Below are positions 1 to 15,300 of a stretch of 64,000 nt of DNA, piece after piece. The DNA comes from Antedon mediterranea (Eukaryota > Animalia > Echinodermata): contig NC_092671.1 of NCBI RefSeq assembly GCF_964355755.1, positions 36,218,304-36,282,303 of the forward strand, written 5' to 3'. Every line of letters begins with the position of its first letter. The stretch's first letter is position 1. The notes below the pieces were generated by a model. It did not search any database and was not told the DNA's origin. It saw nothing but the letters and a program-made list of their open reading frames with translations. Position numbers and translations under genes: made by a program.

Positions 1-67
1 GTGTAAGTAATGATAAACCAATATTAAACAAACGTCACAACATTATGGATTGTTATTAGGCTTAATA

Positions 68-270
68 GTGACGATGACGTTGATTAGGACGATGACGTTA
101 ATTATAACGATACCGTTGAGTATGATGATGACGTTGATTATGACGATGACGTTGATTATAACGATAGCGTTGATTATGACGATGACGTTGATTATGACGA
201 TAGCGTTGATTATGACGATGACGTTGATTAGGTCGATGACGTTGATTATGACGATAAAGATGATAACGAA
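68..270. repeat. 18-bp degenerate (ATG/ACG) minisatellite
   Basis: gacgatgacgttgattat repeated about 10 times. Confidence 0.9.
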
Positions 271-3200
271 TTATAAAAGATATACCATAGAGGACCACTA
301 TCAAACTTTATGTGACAAATAATGTGCCCATAATTGACATTATGACGTCATATCACTACCATATTTGGGTATACCACTACCATATTTGGGCACATCACAC
401 TTGTTTTGTCAAACTAGTTTGACAGTGTAGACAGAGCTTAATTCCTCCATGGATAGACCAACGAAGACATATAGCAATATTACTGCACTGCCATAAAACA
501 GTACAGCGAGAGATAGGTACAAATTGAGATTTAGTTAAAACAATCCATCAATCAACATCAAGGTGTACTAAAACTAATAGATTTGTCGTGCTAAAACTAA
601 TTGAAAGTTAGTGGGCTGTAAAATACACTTGCTTAATCATTTACCGTATAGTGCATCAGTAAAATGGGTCAGTGGGTTATGAAATACATAAATCACTTAA
701 ACAGTCATAGGATACCTTGCTTCAAATACATATCTAACGCTCTGTCTAAACTATCAAAGTAGTTTGACAAAAAAATGCGATGTGCCCAAATATGTTAGTG
801 ATATGCCCATACATGGTAGTGATATGACATCATAATGTCCATATATAGGCACATCACATTTTGTTGTCATATACAGTTTGATAAGACAAGGCTTAAGGAC
901 CACATAATTAATATTCTCTGAATGTATGGTATCGAGAAAAACTCCTTCAATCACCATCAAGGTGAGGGTCCATAATGATCAGCTTTGGTTGCATGGACCA
1001 CCGTCATAAAATATTGTTGAAATAAATAAATAAATAAAAATAAAGCATTACTGAAAAGATCGGTACAATAGTGATTTGTAATGTTGACTAATAAAATACC
1101 AGAGGATTCGTTTATACAAAATTACCGAATGCTTATTCCTATTTACCTGCAAACAAACAATACAGGTGAAAACATTTCGAGCATAAAATCTGATCACGTA
1201 TTAACAATTACGTTAAATTCTTCACGGAGAGTATTATTAGCAAAGCGTTTTAAGCCACAGTTAACTTAGCATTAATGCGTCAAATTACCAGGGACTAATG
1301 CGTCTGCTTTCTCTGTTTTAATATACAATTGTCACGCTTCACTGGCTATCGATTATTAATATCCAATACTGTTGTGATGATAGTCACGATGGAAGCACTC
1401 AATTATCTGTGAATTAGGGATGGGTTCAAGTTACCTTGAAATAATTGTATTGAGACAATTTTACCGTTACAGAGCTATAGTGGTTGATGATAAATTCAGA
1501 GTATGGATGGGGTCTGTTCATACGACAAAGAACAAATGTTTTTAGGGGGTTTATTTGTCAACGTTCGTTTCTCAATTGTCCCATCAAAGCTTGGTTCCCA
1601 CTAAATATTGGTCCACACTAGCGACGCAACGTAACGCAACCTATACGCAACGTAACCTATACGCAACGTAAGAAAATGCCCTTCTAATTGTGTTTTCCCC
1701 CGTCTGCGTGAAATCAAACCTGCGATGTTTGCAACACTGTTGTTGCGTCGACGGTTTTCTCTGTGACTACGCAATACAGCACTTTGCGTTGATACGTCGC
1801 TGCGTTGTAATGGGGACAACGCTTTACATACGTAGGGGCAACGCAAGTAATATGACCTACAATCCCAGGCGACGGATTTTTCAAACCGTTGCTTGTCATA
1901 TCAACTCGCATGGATTGCACTTATGCCCCCAGTGGGAACCAAACTCAGTAGAGATGTCCCCTAAATAAAGGTGTACCAAGAGAGAGGTTCCATTGTAGCG
2001 ATCAGACTGGGACGTCCCATCGAAAGCGATTGAGTTCGCTGTAGGATTCCTCCGGGTCCGGCATGTGTGATATATGTGTTATTGTTTGTATTGTAAAATC
2101 CGGTATAAATTGAATTGAATAGGGTTTTTGAAGAAAACACTGACTGTATAATATACAGTACAGTACGATGTTATTGCGATCAGATGTTACTAATTGCGTT
2201 CCACGGAGAATAACATACAACACACGTGTACCGTTTAATTAACTTTTATAATCAGGAGACGGTGCAGTGTAATTATTACATTCGTTGTTTTTGTTATTTT
2301 AAACCTTATTTTCCTGTCAAAATACTAGAAAATATACGTAACGGAAATAACAAGGCAAGCTAGTCACAAATGTCTCCCAGAAGAATATTACAACATTTTT
2401 AGAATAGAATAATATTGATTGTAAAGCATCAGTTGTTGTTTTAGCGTAGTTGTATGACTTTGAATTCCGGATACAGGCCCTGTTAGTACGTACTTAAAAA
2501 CAGCATGGTGTTACTATGTAAAACGTGTGGAATAATAATAATGGTATTAGATAGGCGTACATGAGAACATGGATTAAAGAATATTCTTTAATCCATGATG
2601 AGAACGACTCTAATCTAACCAGATTTAAGGGACAAATGCCATCGAAACTAAAATGTAGGAGAGAATCACCGGCCATTAATGTTGACATTTTACGTACTTC
2701 TAAATAAATTATAAATGTGACCGACACAATATGCACAATAGTGTGTTCGAATCCAGACGGAGTTTTTATTTAATATTAGTCACAAGATATTTTTATTATT
2801 TTGGCACATATGGCGTTTCATACGTAAACTACCTGAGCATGTATTTCAGAGACTTGTGGAAAGTCGATGTGCATAAAATAAAGCCTGTCAGAAATAAAGT
2901 ACAATATTTTATGATCGAGGCATTCAAGTTTAAATTTCTTTTATCGAAAGATAAATACCGGTCACTTGTTTTATGTCAACAAAATAAATACACTACTATT
3001 GTACTATTTCGACGTAACCTCCCCTCCACCTCACTGGCTAATGATCTTAGGGAAGGGAACTACTAATAAGATGCCTACATTTTCAGGTATACATGAATGA
3101 ACCCGAGGAACTTAACGGGGTTTAATGACTGTAACATTGATATCTGATTTCCAACTCAGTGTAATAGACAATTGGTTAGGCCGTATTTCACACAAATGTA

Positions 3201-4509
3201 ACATACTTTGATGTTTACCGATCAGACGACAGTTGATGCCGTAAAAGCTACAATAATTAAAACAAAATTTGGATTGCTACACGTCTTTCAGGGATCATGT
3301 AGCGATTTAAAAACTGTCAAACTGCAACAATAGTACATTTATGTAATTGAAATTGTATCAATAAAGTTTTTTGTTCTTATCAATCAACCCTTGGAATATA
3401 GGAAGCTTTGTCCACACTATCAAACTAGTTTGACAAAAAAAGTGTGATGTTTTCAAATATGGTAGTTGTATGTACAAATATGGTAGTGATATGACATCAT
3501 GTCCATATTTGGAAACATCATATTTTTGGTCACATAAAGTTTGATAGTGTAGACAGAGCTTTAATGATATCACCTCAAAGAAACTGTGAAGTTCGCATTT
3601 TAGACCCCGATGACGGCGCAAACTTTCGTCGAACGCGCACGATTTGTGCTACTCCGATACTACACCGACGAGCACGTATCTTTGCATAGTAATAACTCTG
3701 TGCAAATGCGCTCGGACATAATAGGCATTTTTTTCAGTTTTGATAAAGCATTTACAATAATTAATGTAAATTATTTGATAAAGATATTTACAATGCTAAA
3801 ATTAGTGTAGTATTTATCAGGTGGGACTAAAACATACGACCTCCAGATTACTAGCCTGGCGATCATACCTCTAGACCACGACTTTGGTTAGGCTCTAGGA
3901 AGCAGCGGGTACAGCAACAACATGATTGATTATATTACCATCCAAGTTTATTATAGGTTATTATATTTAGTTGAGTGATATACAAGTGGTTGGTTGTTAA
4001 AACGAAACACAAATAAAAAGGTAATAAAAGTAAAAGTAACAATAACACTATAAAAAACGATTCATTAACAGAAACTAAACGGCAATACAACACTAAGTTG
4101 TGGATGATGTGTTGAAAGTACAGTTTATAAAATACGACGTTGTATAATGTTGAGTAGAATGTCGTAGCCTATAAAGGCTCTGTCTACACTATCAAACTAG
4201 TTTGACAAAAAAAGTTTGATGTGCCCAAGTATGGTAGTGATATGCTCAAATATGGTAGAGATATGCTCAAATATGGTACTGCTATGCTTAAATATGGTAG
4301 TGATATGACATCATCATGTCCATATATGGGCACATCACATTTTTTTTGTCACATAAAGTTTGATAGTGTAGATAGTGCTAAAAAGCTGTGCAATAAATTG
4401 TGTAGAATGTTGTGATACAATACGGATAAAATAGTGATAATAGGAGTCATGATTTTTAATAGTCCCACTGTTGACAGGAAATACCCACACTAACACAATA
4501 AAAAATATA

Positions 4510-4683
4510 AAGCTCTGTCTACACTATTAAACTTTATGTGACAAAAAAATGTGATGTTCCTAAATATGTAGTAGTGATATGTACAAATATGGTAGTGATA
4601 TGACATCATCATGTCCATATATGGGCACATCACACTTTGTTGTTGTTAGTCACATACAATTTGATAGTGTAGACAGAGCTTTA
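4510..4683. mobile_element. MITE family A (TIR AGCTCTGTCTACACTATCAAACT; PIF/Harbinger-like), representative copy
   Basis: Terminal inverted repeats with TAA/TTA flanks and internal aaatatggtagtgatatg subrepeats. Other copies approximately at 292-440, 738-895, 3404-3563, 4176-4380, 12421-12565, 22430-22558, 24416-24530, 24887-25042, 45705-45847, 55395-55535 and 58561-58778. Confidence 0.85.
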
Positions 4684-6321
4684 AAACAAAACTGAATTGA
4701 TTGTTTGTCCATATATGGGGCTCAATTACAGAACATAGGAATTTAACATCACATCACACTTTTTTGTCACATAAAGTTTGATAGTGTAGACAGAGTTTAA
4801 CACACACTTATTAAATATTTACATATTGAGTGTAGAAAATGGGTTAATGATTACACATCTTTTACACTAGTGACAATTTGTGAAATTGAATAAAATAAAA
4901 TTGTTCAACGATAAATAAAAACAAATAAATTCTAAGTACACTACAGATTTTAAACTTGGATTCTGTTTTCATGGCTGACAGGTTGAATTGAGTTGTTAAA
5001 TACTGACCTGGATTCATCCATGCGTAACAACATATTATAGTATTAACAATACTGTTCAAATTTTGCAATGGCGATATACGCGGTCTGGTGAGAATTATGA
5101 TATTAACATAAACAACAAAAGTTAATAACCGAGTGTATTTGAATCAAGTGAAAGACGTTGCAATTAAAAATTTAATTAAAATATTAATTCTGAACTAATT
5201 TAAAATCACAAAATACCTACATAATTCCCAAAAGTAGAGTAGGGTGTAGTTGTGAAATTGCAGCTTGTAAAATAAGAGGGGTTCTACCCTGTAAAAAAAA
5301 ATCCTTGAGTTTTTAATTAAAATAAAGACAATTCAATTTAAAGATGTATTGTCCCCCTGAAAAAATAATTCTTACAATTTTTTTTGTTTTTTTTTTTAAT
5401 ATTCCATTTTAATGTAACATAATAGTTATCCACTTTGATTGAAGTGATCGAAAAAAATGTATTTACCTGAAAAAAAATGTAATTTAAAGCAAAAAATGGT
5501 CAAATTGGCTGCCAGCCAATAGATGTTTGGTTAAATGTTACAATTTATTTTGTCGTTTTATAAGGGAAAACATGATTTTTTTCGTTTTTTTTTCTATTGA
5601 AGTGATTAGCTTGATTAAACTAAAAAATAACTTATTCAAAGTCTGATTTAATTAATCTTTATTTTTCATGTTTTTGGGGGACAATACATTTTTAATGGAT
5701 ATAATTGATAAGCCCAAACAAACCTAACGTGCCTCTCATCAGAAGACTGCCAGATGTTGATGATGGAATATGGAACACACAATTAAACCAATGTACACTT
5801 ATTAAAAACATTTACTTTATTTACTCTTCCTCATCACGTTATATAGTAATACATCATATTTTTCCTAAATTGACGCAGTCTCAGTGCATCTGAACTTTAA
5901 GGTCTCTCTTGTTAAAGATATATTGTCCCCCTAAAAAAAAAATTTTTTTACATTTCTTTTTAATATGCCATTTTATGTCGCATAATATTTATTCACTTTG
6001 ACCAAAAACTGGACCAAAAAAAAATATATTTTCCTTGAAAAAAGGTAATTTAAAGCAAAATATAACTAAATTGTCTGTCAGACAGTGGTTTTTGGTTAAA
6101 ATTAACCGTTTCTTTTTGTTTTTATAAGTGAAATAATTATTTTTGTTGATTTTTTTTCTATAGAAGTGAATAGCTTCATTAAAACTGTAAAATGGCCTAT
6201 TCTAAATCTGATTTTATTAATCTTTATTTTTCATGTTTTTGGGGACAGTACATCTTTAAGTCTCACTCACTTCTAACTCGTAAACAATTCTTCTTCGTAG
6301 TCATTTATGTATTTGTTTCCT

Positions 6322-9300
6322 TTATTCAAACCACTTGCTCGTAACTTTCCTCTCTTTCGTTACGTCAGATATTTTCTTTTTGTAACTTTCCACAAGCTTG
6401 TTGAAATGTCTTTCCTCGTCCTTGCCCTTGTTGCGTCTTGAGCTTGAAGAAATCTACAACAAACAAATTCAATTGATTTAAATTTAAAGATAATCATTGT
6501 CAAGTGGATGCTGTACAAATTGAAGAACTTTCCAACAAACTTCAACAACAAAAGAAAAGATTAATATCGTGTGAGTTGTCAAATTAAATAAGTCGCATCC
6601 GTTTCGGATCATAACAATTGCAATTATAACTAATTAATCTGAATTTTATTTTCAGAATGGAGAAAACAAAAACTAAGCAATACCAGTCATAATGTGTACA
6701 ATATTGACAGATATGAGAATGTAAAATGATCCATGCAGTAATGCCAGCCAACACATATACACACAGATGAATTACAATCATTTAGTTACTAGCCAGAGTT
6801 ATCAGTATTACTGTACTACTATTAAAGATGTACTGTCCCCTCAAAACATGAAAAATGAAGATTAATTATATCACACTTTGAATAGGTTATTTGTAGTTTT
6901 AATCAAGTTAATCACTTCCGAAAAAAATGTCTTCACTTATAAAATAACATAATAAATGGTTAAATTCAACAAAAAATCTATTGGCTGGCAGCCAATTTGA
7001 CAATTTTTTGCTTTAAATTACATTTTTTTCAGGTAAATGCATTTTGTTTTGATCCAATTTTTGGTGAAAGTGGATATTAAATTATTATTATGCGACATTA
7101 AAAACCATATTCAACAAAATGTAAACATTATTTTTCAGGTGGACAGTACATCTTTAAAACAACTTATTTGTATCAAAAACACACACCTTAACTTTTTTCT
7201 TCTTTTTCTGTTTCTCCTCCCCATTTGTTGGTTTCTGGAGCTTTGCAGCGGATAGTTGGTTCCCTTTCTTTGTTTTTTCTTGTTTCCCCCTATCTCGCCA
7301 TCTTTCTTTCGGTCCAAAATGTTTTGGAAGTCCTTGCTTCTTTGCTTGAAGTTTTCTTTCCACAAATGTTGAATCGTTTAGGTTGCCTGTGACAGACTTA
7401 TTTGGTTTAGACTTTTTAGAAGGTTTTTGTTCTACTTCATAATTTTTACTCTCATCATATTTCCTTTTCTCAATGGTTATTTTCTAAGAAAAATAAAAAA
7501 TGACTTGTTCATTATATAAAGTGATTTATATTTTCTTAAGAATGGGGTGGTGTATAATTATTTAAATTTCGGTCAGATGTTTTGCCCTACTCCGACATAA
7601 TTTGTACTTTATACCAAGTACATTAAAAAACCTGCGAAAAATATGCAAGTACAGTAATTCTAGGGTTGGACTCGAACCTCACTAGCCTGGAGTTCATACC
7701 TCTAGACTACCGAGCTTGCGCTGATAGCTAGAGGTTAGATTTGAGCCCAAGTAAGCAGCGGGTACTGCACCAACAGGATTGTAATTTTAATTTTGATATT
7801 AACAGAAAGACAGAACATTCTTAGTGTAAAAAAGACATTATTTTGAAAAACATTCTCAATTTTTAAAAATTGTTTCCAGATTTTTATAAATAACAGTTAA
7901 ACCAATTATTATTTTTATATTTTACAAATTATTGTCATGTGTATTTTGAAATAACAACATTTATTCTAATCATATTTTTGGAAGAGAACATTAGGTGATA
8001 CTAACAGTGTTTTAATAAGCTAAATTAGCCAGACTTTATAGAGTGTTGCTATAATATTATCTGTATAACTCATAATGGATTCACAGTCAGAGATTTACAG
8101 CACTACTGGATAAGACATCCAACACAAAATAATATGTTGAAACAGTTGGCATAACAGCTGTTTAGATTTGACATATCGTTATAAAGGTCAAAGTTCAAAT
8201 TATTTGGTTACATCATTAACGCATATATCAATATGATTTTTTTTTCAAAACAGGTTTAATATATGGTCAATTATCTGGATAAAAAAAGTCATCATTCGGC
8301 TGGTCAAACAATGTCCATTTTTTTTTTGGCAAAACAGGTTTAATATATGGTCAATTATCTGGATTAAAAAAAATACATCATTGGGCTGGTCAAACAATGT
8401 CCATTTTTTTTTCCAAAACAGGTTTAATATTATCTGGATAAAAAAGACATCATTCGGCTGGTCAAACAATGTCCAGTTTAGAATTTTAGACCTTAAACCT
8501 TTTGTATACTGGATAGTTTTCAGTTTTACCCGACTTTGGGAGAGATAATGTCTATTTTTACATTTACCTAGAAGAAATTTCGGAAAATTATTTTAAAATC
8601 CATTATTAGAGTATTATTCTACTGCAGTTTACTAAACTTTGTTTACTCTTAAACTCAATTATTTAGCAAGCTGGTTTGAGTAATCATACCCATTGTTTAC
8701 TGCAGTTCCTGCCTTGTAAACCTGTACATTGAAATAAACTAAAATAATGAATTACTGCAGTAAAAAAGTATAGTTACTGCAGTAGGATAATTTTGACACG
8801 ATCCCTTTAATCCTAACATACTGTAAAGGTCATAATTGCAGCATGTTTCTGTAAATATTTTAATTATGCACAGAAATTATCCACAAGAAATCTTCTTTAC
8901 ACAATGTAAAATCATAATGTTGTTTTTTAGTTACCTTGGATTTTTGCCGTCTTTTTTCCTTCAATTCAAGAGCAGTTCTGTTTTCTAATGAAAATCCAAC
9001 GATTGGACGCTATGAAAGAATTCAAAAATATATTTTAAAATATATTATATATTAACATAATTATACAGTATTCGACTCTCACAATAATGTAAATAGGTTG
9101 GGTAATCATCAGGATTAGTCCTAAACAGGAAGATGAGCACCCCTGCCCACCGATGAGTTTCGGGATCCCTTTGACTTCGAGGGAGAGTACCCGTCAGGGT
9201 CCCTACTTAGGATCACAGGTCTCGGGTTTTTATTTATTTTTTTAATGAATCAGTGTTCCATGACCTTCTCATCAAAATTAATGTCTCTCATTGTTGTGCT

Positions 9301-12300
9301 ATGTAAATATAATGTCAATGACGTCGAAACGTCCCCAATAATGGGGATAGCTATGCAAACAAGTAACAAGTAATACAAGACAATTAGAAACTGTTCCCAA
9401 TAATGGGGATAGCTATGCAAACAACAAGTATACATACAAGACAAAGAAACTGTCCCCACAGCCAGACTGTCTTTTATAACATTAAAAATGCATTCTAATG
9501 GAATTTCTGAAAGAACCAGACAATTACCAATATTGGGAGAGTTGACTGTAAATAATAAATATAATTATAATATACAAATTGTTATTGAAAATCATTATTA
9601 TTCATGTTGTACAAATAATAGTAATAATAACAATAGTAATAATATTTGTTCTTATTGCACAATGCTTCTAACGCTGAACATTATTACCCAAGTTATTTAT
9701 TTATTTATTTATTTTATTTTTATTTTATTCATTTCGGCAATAAACATGAAATAATAATTACAAAACATAGAAATATATATATATATATGAAGTACAAGAC
9801 ACAAAGCCGGGGAGAGACAAAAGCATTAAACAAAACGCTTATTCATTTCGGCAATAAACATGAAATAATTAATAATTAGAAAACATAGAAATATATATAT
9901 ATATATATGAAGTACAAGACACAAAGCCGAGGAGAGACAAAAGCATTTAAAACAAAACGCTTATTCATTTCGGCAATAAACATGAAATAATTAATAATTA
10001 GAAAACATAGAAATATATATATATATGAAGTACAAGACACAAAGCCGAGGAGAGACAAAAGCATTTAAAACAAAACGCTGTCACCGGTAAGGTGTGTCTC
10101 TCTCTATTGGATCAAACATGTATGGAAACATACTGTACTCCCATAATAATGCAGCTAGTAATCAGCGCAAAGTTGTGTCTTGATCTAACCGGGTACCCAT
10201 TTATACACCTGGGTGGAGAGAGGCAAAGATAAAGTAAAGTATCTTGCCTAAGGATACAAGCAATGCGGGAGAGTATTTAGTATATTATTTGGTTATTAGC
10301 ATTGAAAACAAACAAGAAAACAATAGCCTATAATGACTCTGCTTTTTTGACTAACATTCAGGACGTCAATTATTATGAAATATATATATTATTTCCTGAA
10401 ATCTATTCTTTAATTGTATACACAGCTTAGGCTCTTGTGAGCTACAAAACAAACACACACTCAATACAATTTTTTTAAATGGATAGACATTTTAGAAACA
10501 TACACGTAGAAGAGCATACTACACTTTTTGTCTAAAAAATTGGTAAATATTGTTATGTTTACATTATGAATACAGTAAACAGTTACAAAGACATTCATGT
10601 TTAGACAATGTCTAGACTAACATTCAAGGGATCGATATGTCAATGACAAATCCAAAATCATTTTATCTTTTGAACAACTGGAATTATTATACTATCATTT
10701 TTATTTTTATTTCTTTTATTCAATTCACAACGAACAGAGATAAAATCAAAGAATACAACAAACATTATTCAACTTTTACAATGTTATATCTAAAAATGTA
10801 TAAACTATTAAAAATATGTCAATTCATTCAAGGAACAAACCAACCATGTTTCCCTTTAATTTTTATTACAAAAGCGTTTTAGTATTTGTCAATTTGAAGT
10901 AGGTGTAATCACTTGTTATATTCACAACATTCGATGTCAAGTCAGGTCTATAATTTTAGAACATAATTACAGTAGTAATAAATTAAATATGTTTCCCCTT
11001 ATTTTGATTGGAATCACAAATAAATGGTAAAATCATAATTTTTAATTTTTAGCATTTGAAATTTGGAAATAACCACTTTCTCAATAGGCTAATTTTTACT
11101 ATTTAACATATATTTATTTGAGTTTGCTTCATATAGTATTTATTGTGTCTTTCGTTGGTCTTGATGAAATAAATAAAATTTTAAAAATTTAAAACGCTAG
11201 AATTGTGTATGATTTTAAAACACATTAATACAGATTTATAAATTATACTCTAAATACTCCTCTTATTTCATAATGTCATATAAATGTAGTGGAGCTGTAG
11301 CTTGGTGGTAACGTGCTTGCATTCCAATCCCAAGGTCTGGGGTTCAATCCTGACCTAGTGCCAGGGTTGTATGGAGCGACTCTTTCAACTCCACTCCCTA
11401 AGCCTCAAATGAGACTTGTTTATAAGCACGATATATCATAAAATAGTTTATAATTAAACTGTAATTGGCAAGTTAATCGCGTATGAAATAAATATAAATA
11501 AAATAAATAAATGCTAAAAATAAAATTATCATTTCCAGAATTTTTGTTTGTTTAAGAAGTATATACTGCAAGTTTGTACTCGCTGTTAGATGCGTACGAA
11601 ATAAATAATATAAATAAATGCTAAAATGATAATTTTAAGAATTTTTCTGTTGAAAAGTACTTTTATACAGTATTTATATCAACATTTATGACACACCACA
11701 GCAATATAATTTTTAATTATTATATTGTAAATTTTGTACGCGACAATACATCATTAATTGTGACATTCAATTAGAATTACCATAATGCACAAATGAATAA
11801 TCGCCAGATTGTGGTACTAAGCACTCAATAAATTAAAATTCACTTTTGATGGAATTTTTAACAGACTAATTAGGGTATAAATTGTCATTCAGGTACTCCC
11901 ACACACTCTACCGGTACCTATTTTAGTCTTAATAAATTAAGTTGTTTTCAGATTGAATTTCTAACCATCGAGTTACAATGATAAATGTTTTTGAAATGCA
12001 ATATGTTCAAATAAAAGCTGTTTACACGGTGACCTTGTCTATGGCAGAAAGATTAGAAAAGGATTTCAATCAATTTAATTTCAATAGGTATAGAAAAAAA
12101 TATATAAATCAGCTGTTAAATTGCTAAAAATAAAAAGTAACAATGAAATATAGTTGCAATCCTATCCAAGGTTATAAAAATAAATGTTATTCATCATATT
12201 GTATGCAGGCTATTGTTATATAATGACATAGACATTTGAATTGAATTGGTATAAAGAGTATATTCCATGCAAACAGTTTTCAATGCATAGTTTCACATAT

Positions 12301-15300
12301 TGAATTTGTTTTATTGCATACTGCCATATTTTATGACACAGTTTTAAAAATGAACAATGATTTTAACATGATTTGAGTTGTGTGTCGTATTTGTTATATT
12401 TTAAATTGCATTAGGATCTTAAGCTCTGTCCACACTATCAAACTATGAAATGTGATATGCCCATATATAGATATGATGATGTCATATCACTACCATATTT
12501 GGGTATATTGCTACCATATTTGTGCACATAACACTTTTTTTGTCAAACTTGTTTGATAGTGTAGATTATTTTATGATATGCAGTTCTGCTATTTTTTATA
12601 TATGTAAATATTATTTTAGACCGCTAAGCTATTTTGGTGATGTTGTGATTTATATTGGGCAGAAGTGAGCAGGGTTACCCAAGAAAAGATTATTTTTAGC
12701 ACTTATTCTATTATTTTCCCTATATTAACATTTACTTACTAATAGCGTTTTTAAAAAAGAGACTACTATACATTTTGTATAATACCAAAATTTGCATTAC
12801 AAAAGAATATTGATTTTTATAGTAGTTTTATTAGTATCATTAACGATTTTGTTTTTTTTTAATTCAAAGAATCTTGTTTACTAGATTGTCTCCATAAAAA
12901 AAATGGATTGTTAATATAGTTATTTAGTTGGTGGATGTTTGTGCACACAATTTAATTAGTTCATGGCTTTTGGGCTTAGTGGTTTACTATATTATTAATT
13001 TATTATAAAAAAATTCAGTATGACTTGTCTTGGCTGCCAAGCTTCTGTTGAATGATTCTTGTATTCTTATATTAACTTGTATTAGGGCCTAACTCAAAAC
13101 CTTATAAAGCTTTGTTCCCACTAGGTTTTGCCTAACTCAAAACCTTATAAAGCTTGGTTCCCACTAGGTTTTGCCTAACTCAAAACCTTATAAAGCTTTG
13201 TTCCCACTAGGTTTTGCCTAACTCAAAACCTTATAAAGCTTTGTTCCCACTAGGTTTTGCCTAACTCAAAAGCTTATAAAGCTTTGTTCCCACTAGGTTT
13301 TGCCTAACTCAAAACCTTATAAAGCTTTGTTCCCACTAGAGTTTGCCTAACTCAAAACCTTATAAAGCTTTGTTCCCACTAGAGTTTGCCTAACTCAAAA
13401 CCTTATAAAGCTTTGTTCCCACTAGGTTTTGCCTAACTCAAAACCTTATAAAGCTTTGTTCCCACTAGAGTTTGCCTAACTCAAAACCTTATAAAGCTTT
13501 GTTCCCACTAGGTTTTGCCTAACTCAAAACCTTATAAAGCTTTGTTCCCACTAGAGTTTGCCTAACTCAAAACCTTATAAAGCTTTGTTCCCACTAGAGT
13601 TTGCCTAACTCAAAACCTTATAAAGCTTTGTTCCCACTAGGTTTTGTCTAACTCAAAACCTTATAAAGCTTTGTTCCCACTAGGTTTTGCCTAACTCAAA
13701 ACCTTCTATATAAAGGCTTGTTCCCACCATGGAGGAAATATCCTACTAGGTAATGCCTAACTCAAAACCTTCTAATAAATAATAATAATAATAATTTTAT
13801 TGTTTCTCTTTTAAAACAGAGGCACAATTCTCAAGAGATGTGCAACAACAAAAAAATAAATATGGACTTATCTTACTACACAATCATATACAAACATAAA
13901 TTATTACATTAAAAAGTATATAAACATTAGGTTATAAAAATTCATTCAATACATTTGAGCGAAAAGTAAAAGATTGTGTTATGGACGGATATTATAAATT
14001 TTGTTGCGTTCTTTCCATGCAGTTGTTAAAAATAATTTACAATATTTGTCAATGATGTTACTTGCTAATACATAGTTAATATTGTTTATACATTGGATTT
14101 GATATTCTTCATGAATTTCTAGGTTGTTAAAAAAAAGGTGATATTTAAGTTCAGGTGAGCTTGACGTGAATAAGTCCCATATTTTATGCAAATCATTGTT
14201 GCATAGATCTTCTTTAAGTTGTTTAACTATTGAGTTTCTAATATTAACTAATCTAGTACAATTGATTGAATACAAAATGATAAACTGTTTCTTTTTCACC
14301 ACAATTACGTAACAAACATGATCCTAAATGTTGTGGTGACCAAGCTTCCTTTCTTCCTTCGAGTGGTAATGAGTTAGAACGAGCTTTGAATTTTAGACTT
14401 GATGCATGGTAGCTACGTTTTTCCAATAAGTATTTTTCCATTTTAGGTTCATTTTTATATCTTAAGTAATTTGTTAAGGATGATTTAGTTTGAGCCTTGT
14501 TAAACCATGTTATGTTATCTTCTATAATATTTTTTCTTTAAAACCATTAAGCCACTTATTACAATAATCAATATTGAAAAACATTTGCAAATCAAATTTG
14601 TTTAAAATGGATTCAATCTTTTGGAGCCATTTCCAACTGAGTCTATCTTTAAGAACAAAGAGAGCTCTAAATAGTAATCTTTGCCAGCGATGTTCTTCCA
14701 TATTTTTTAGCCAACTGTATAGATTCAACTGATTGCCAGCCAAGTTCATCATATAGAGCTTCCTTTGCAACATATCTGGGTGCCTTTAATAGATATCTGG
14801 CCATTTGGTATTGTAAATTTTCAATTTTTTCTATAGAGTTCTTTTTATCACATAACCATATACTGCTTGCATAATTTATGGTTGGTATACCAATTGATTT
14901 CCAAAGAATATCACCATAGTATATTCTATTGAAGTCTTCCTGCCCATTTATTATAGATTTTATATATGATATTATTCTATTCCCCTTTTTAACTACTTCA
15001 TCAATATGGTAGGTATCTTTTATCTTCCTCGATACAAACATCCCCAAATATTTATAATTATTAGTTTCGTTAATAAAGTTATTACCAATTGGCCATTTTC
15101 TATATTCATTAAGGCGTTTTCCAGCTACAATAACATTAGATTTATTAAAATTAAACACCATTCTCCATTTTGTTGCAAATTCATTTGCTGCATCCAAAAG
15201 TAATTCTAAATCTTGCTCACTGTCTCCAATCAGAATTATATCATCAGCCCAGAATAGACTGCCAATATTTATGTCAAAAATATTAATTCCTAATTCTCTT

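Noticed and set aside
50-322. ORFs with MTMTLI or HRHNQR repeats
   Set aside because: Translations of an 18-bp minisatellite ending in a MITE, with no splice or homology support.
13087-13772. Regular short repeats resembling a CRISPR array (also 35153-35540 and 62167-62557)
   Set aside because: Units are contiguous with no unique spacers, there are no cas genes, and the context is eukaryotic intron or intergenic DNA. These are minisatellites.
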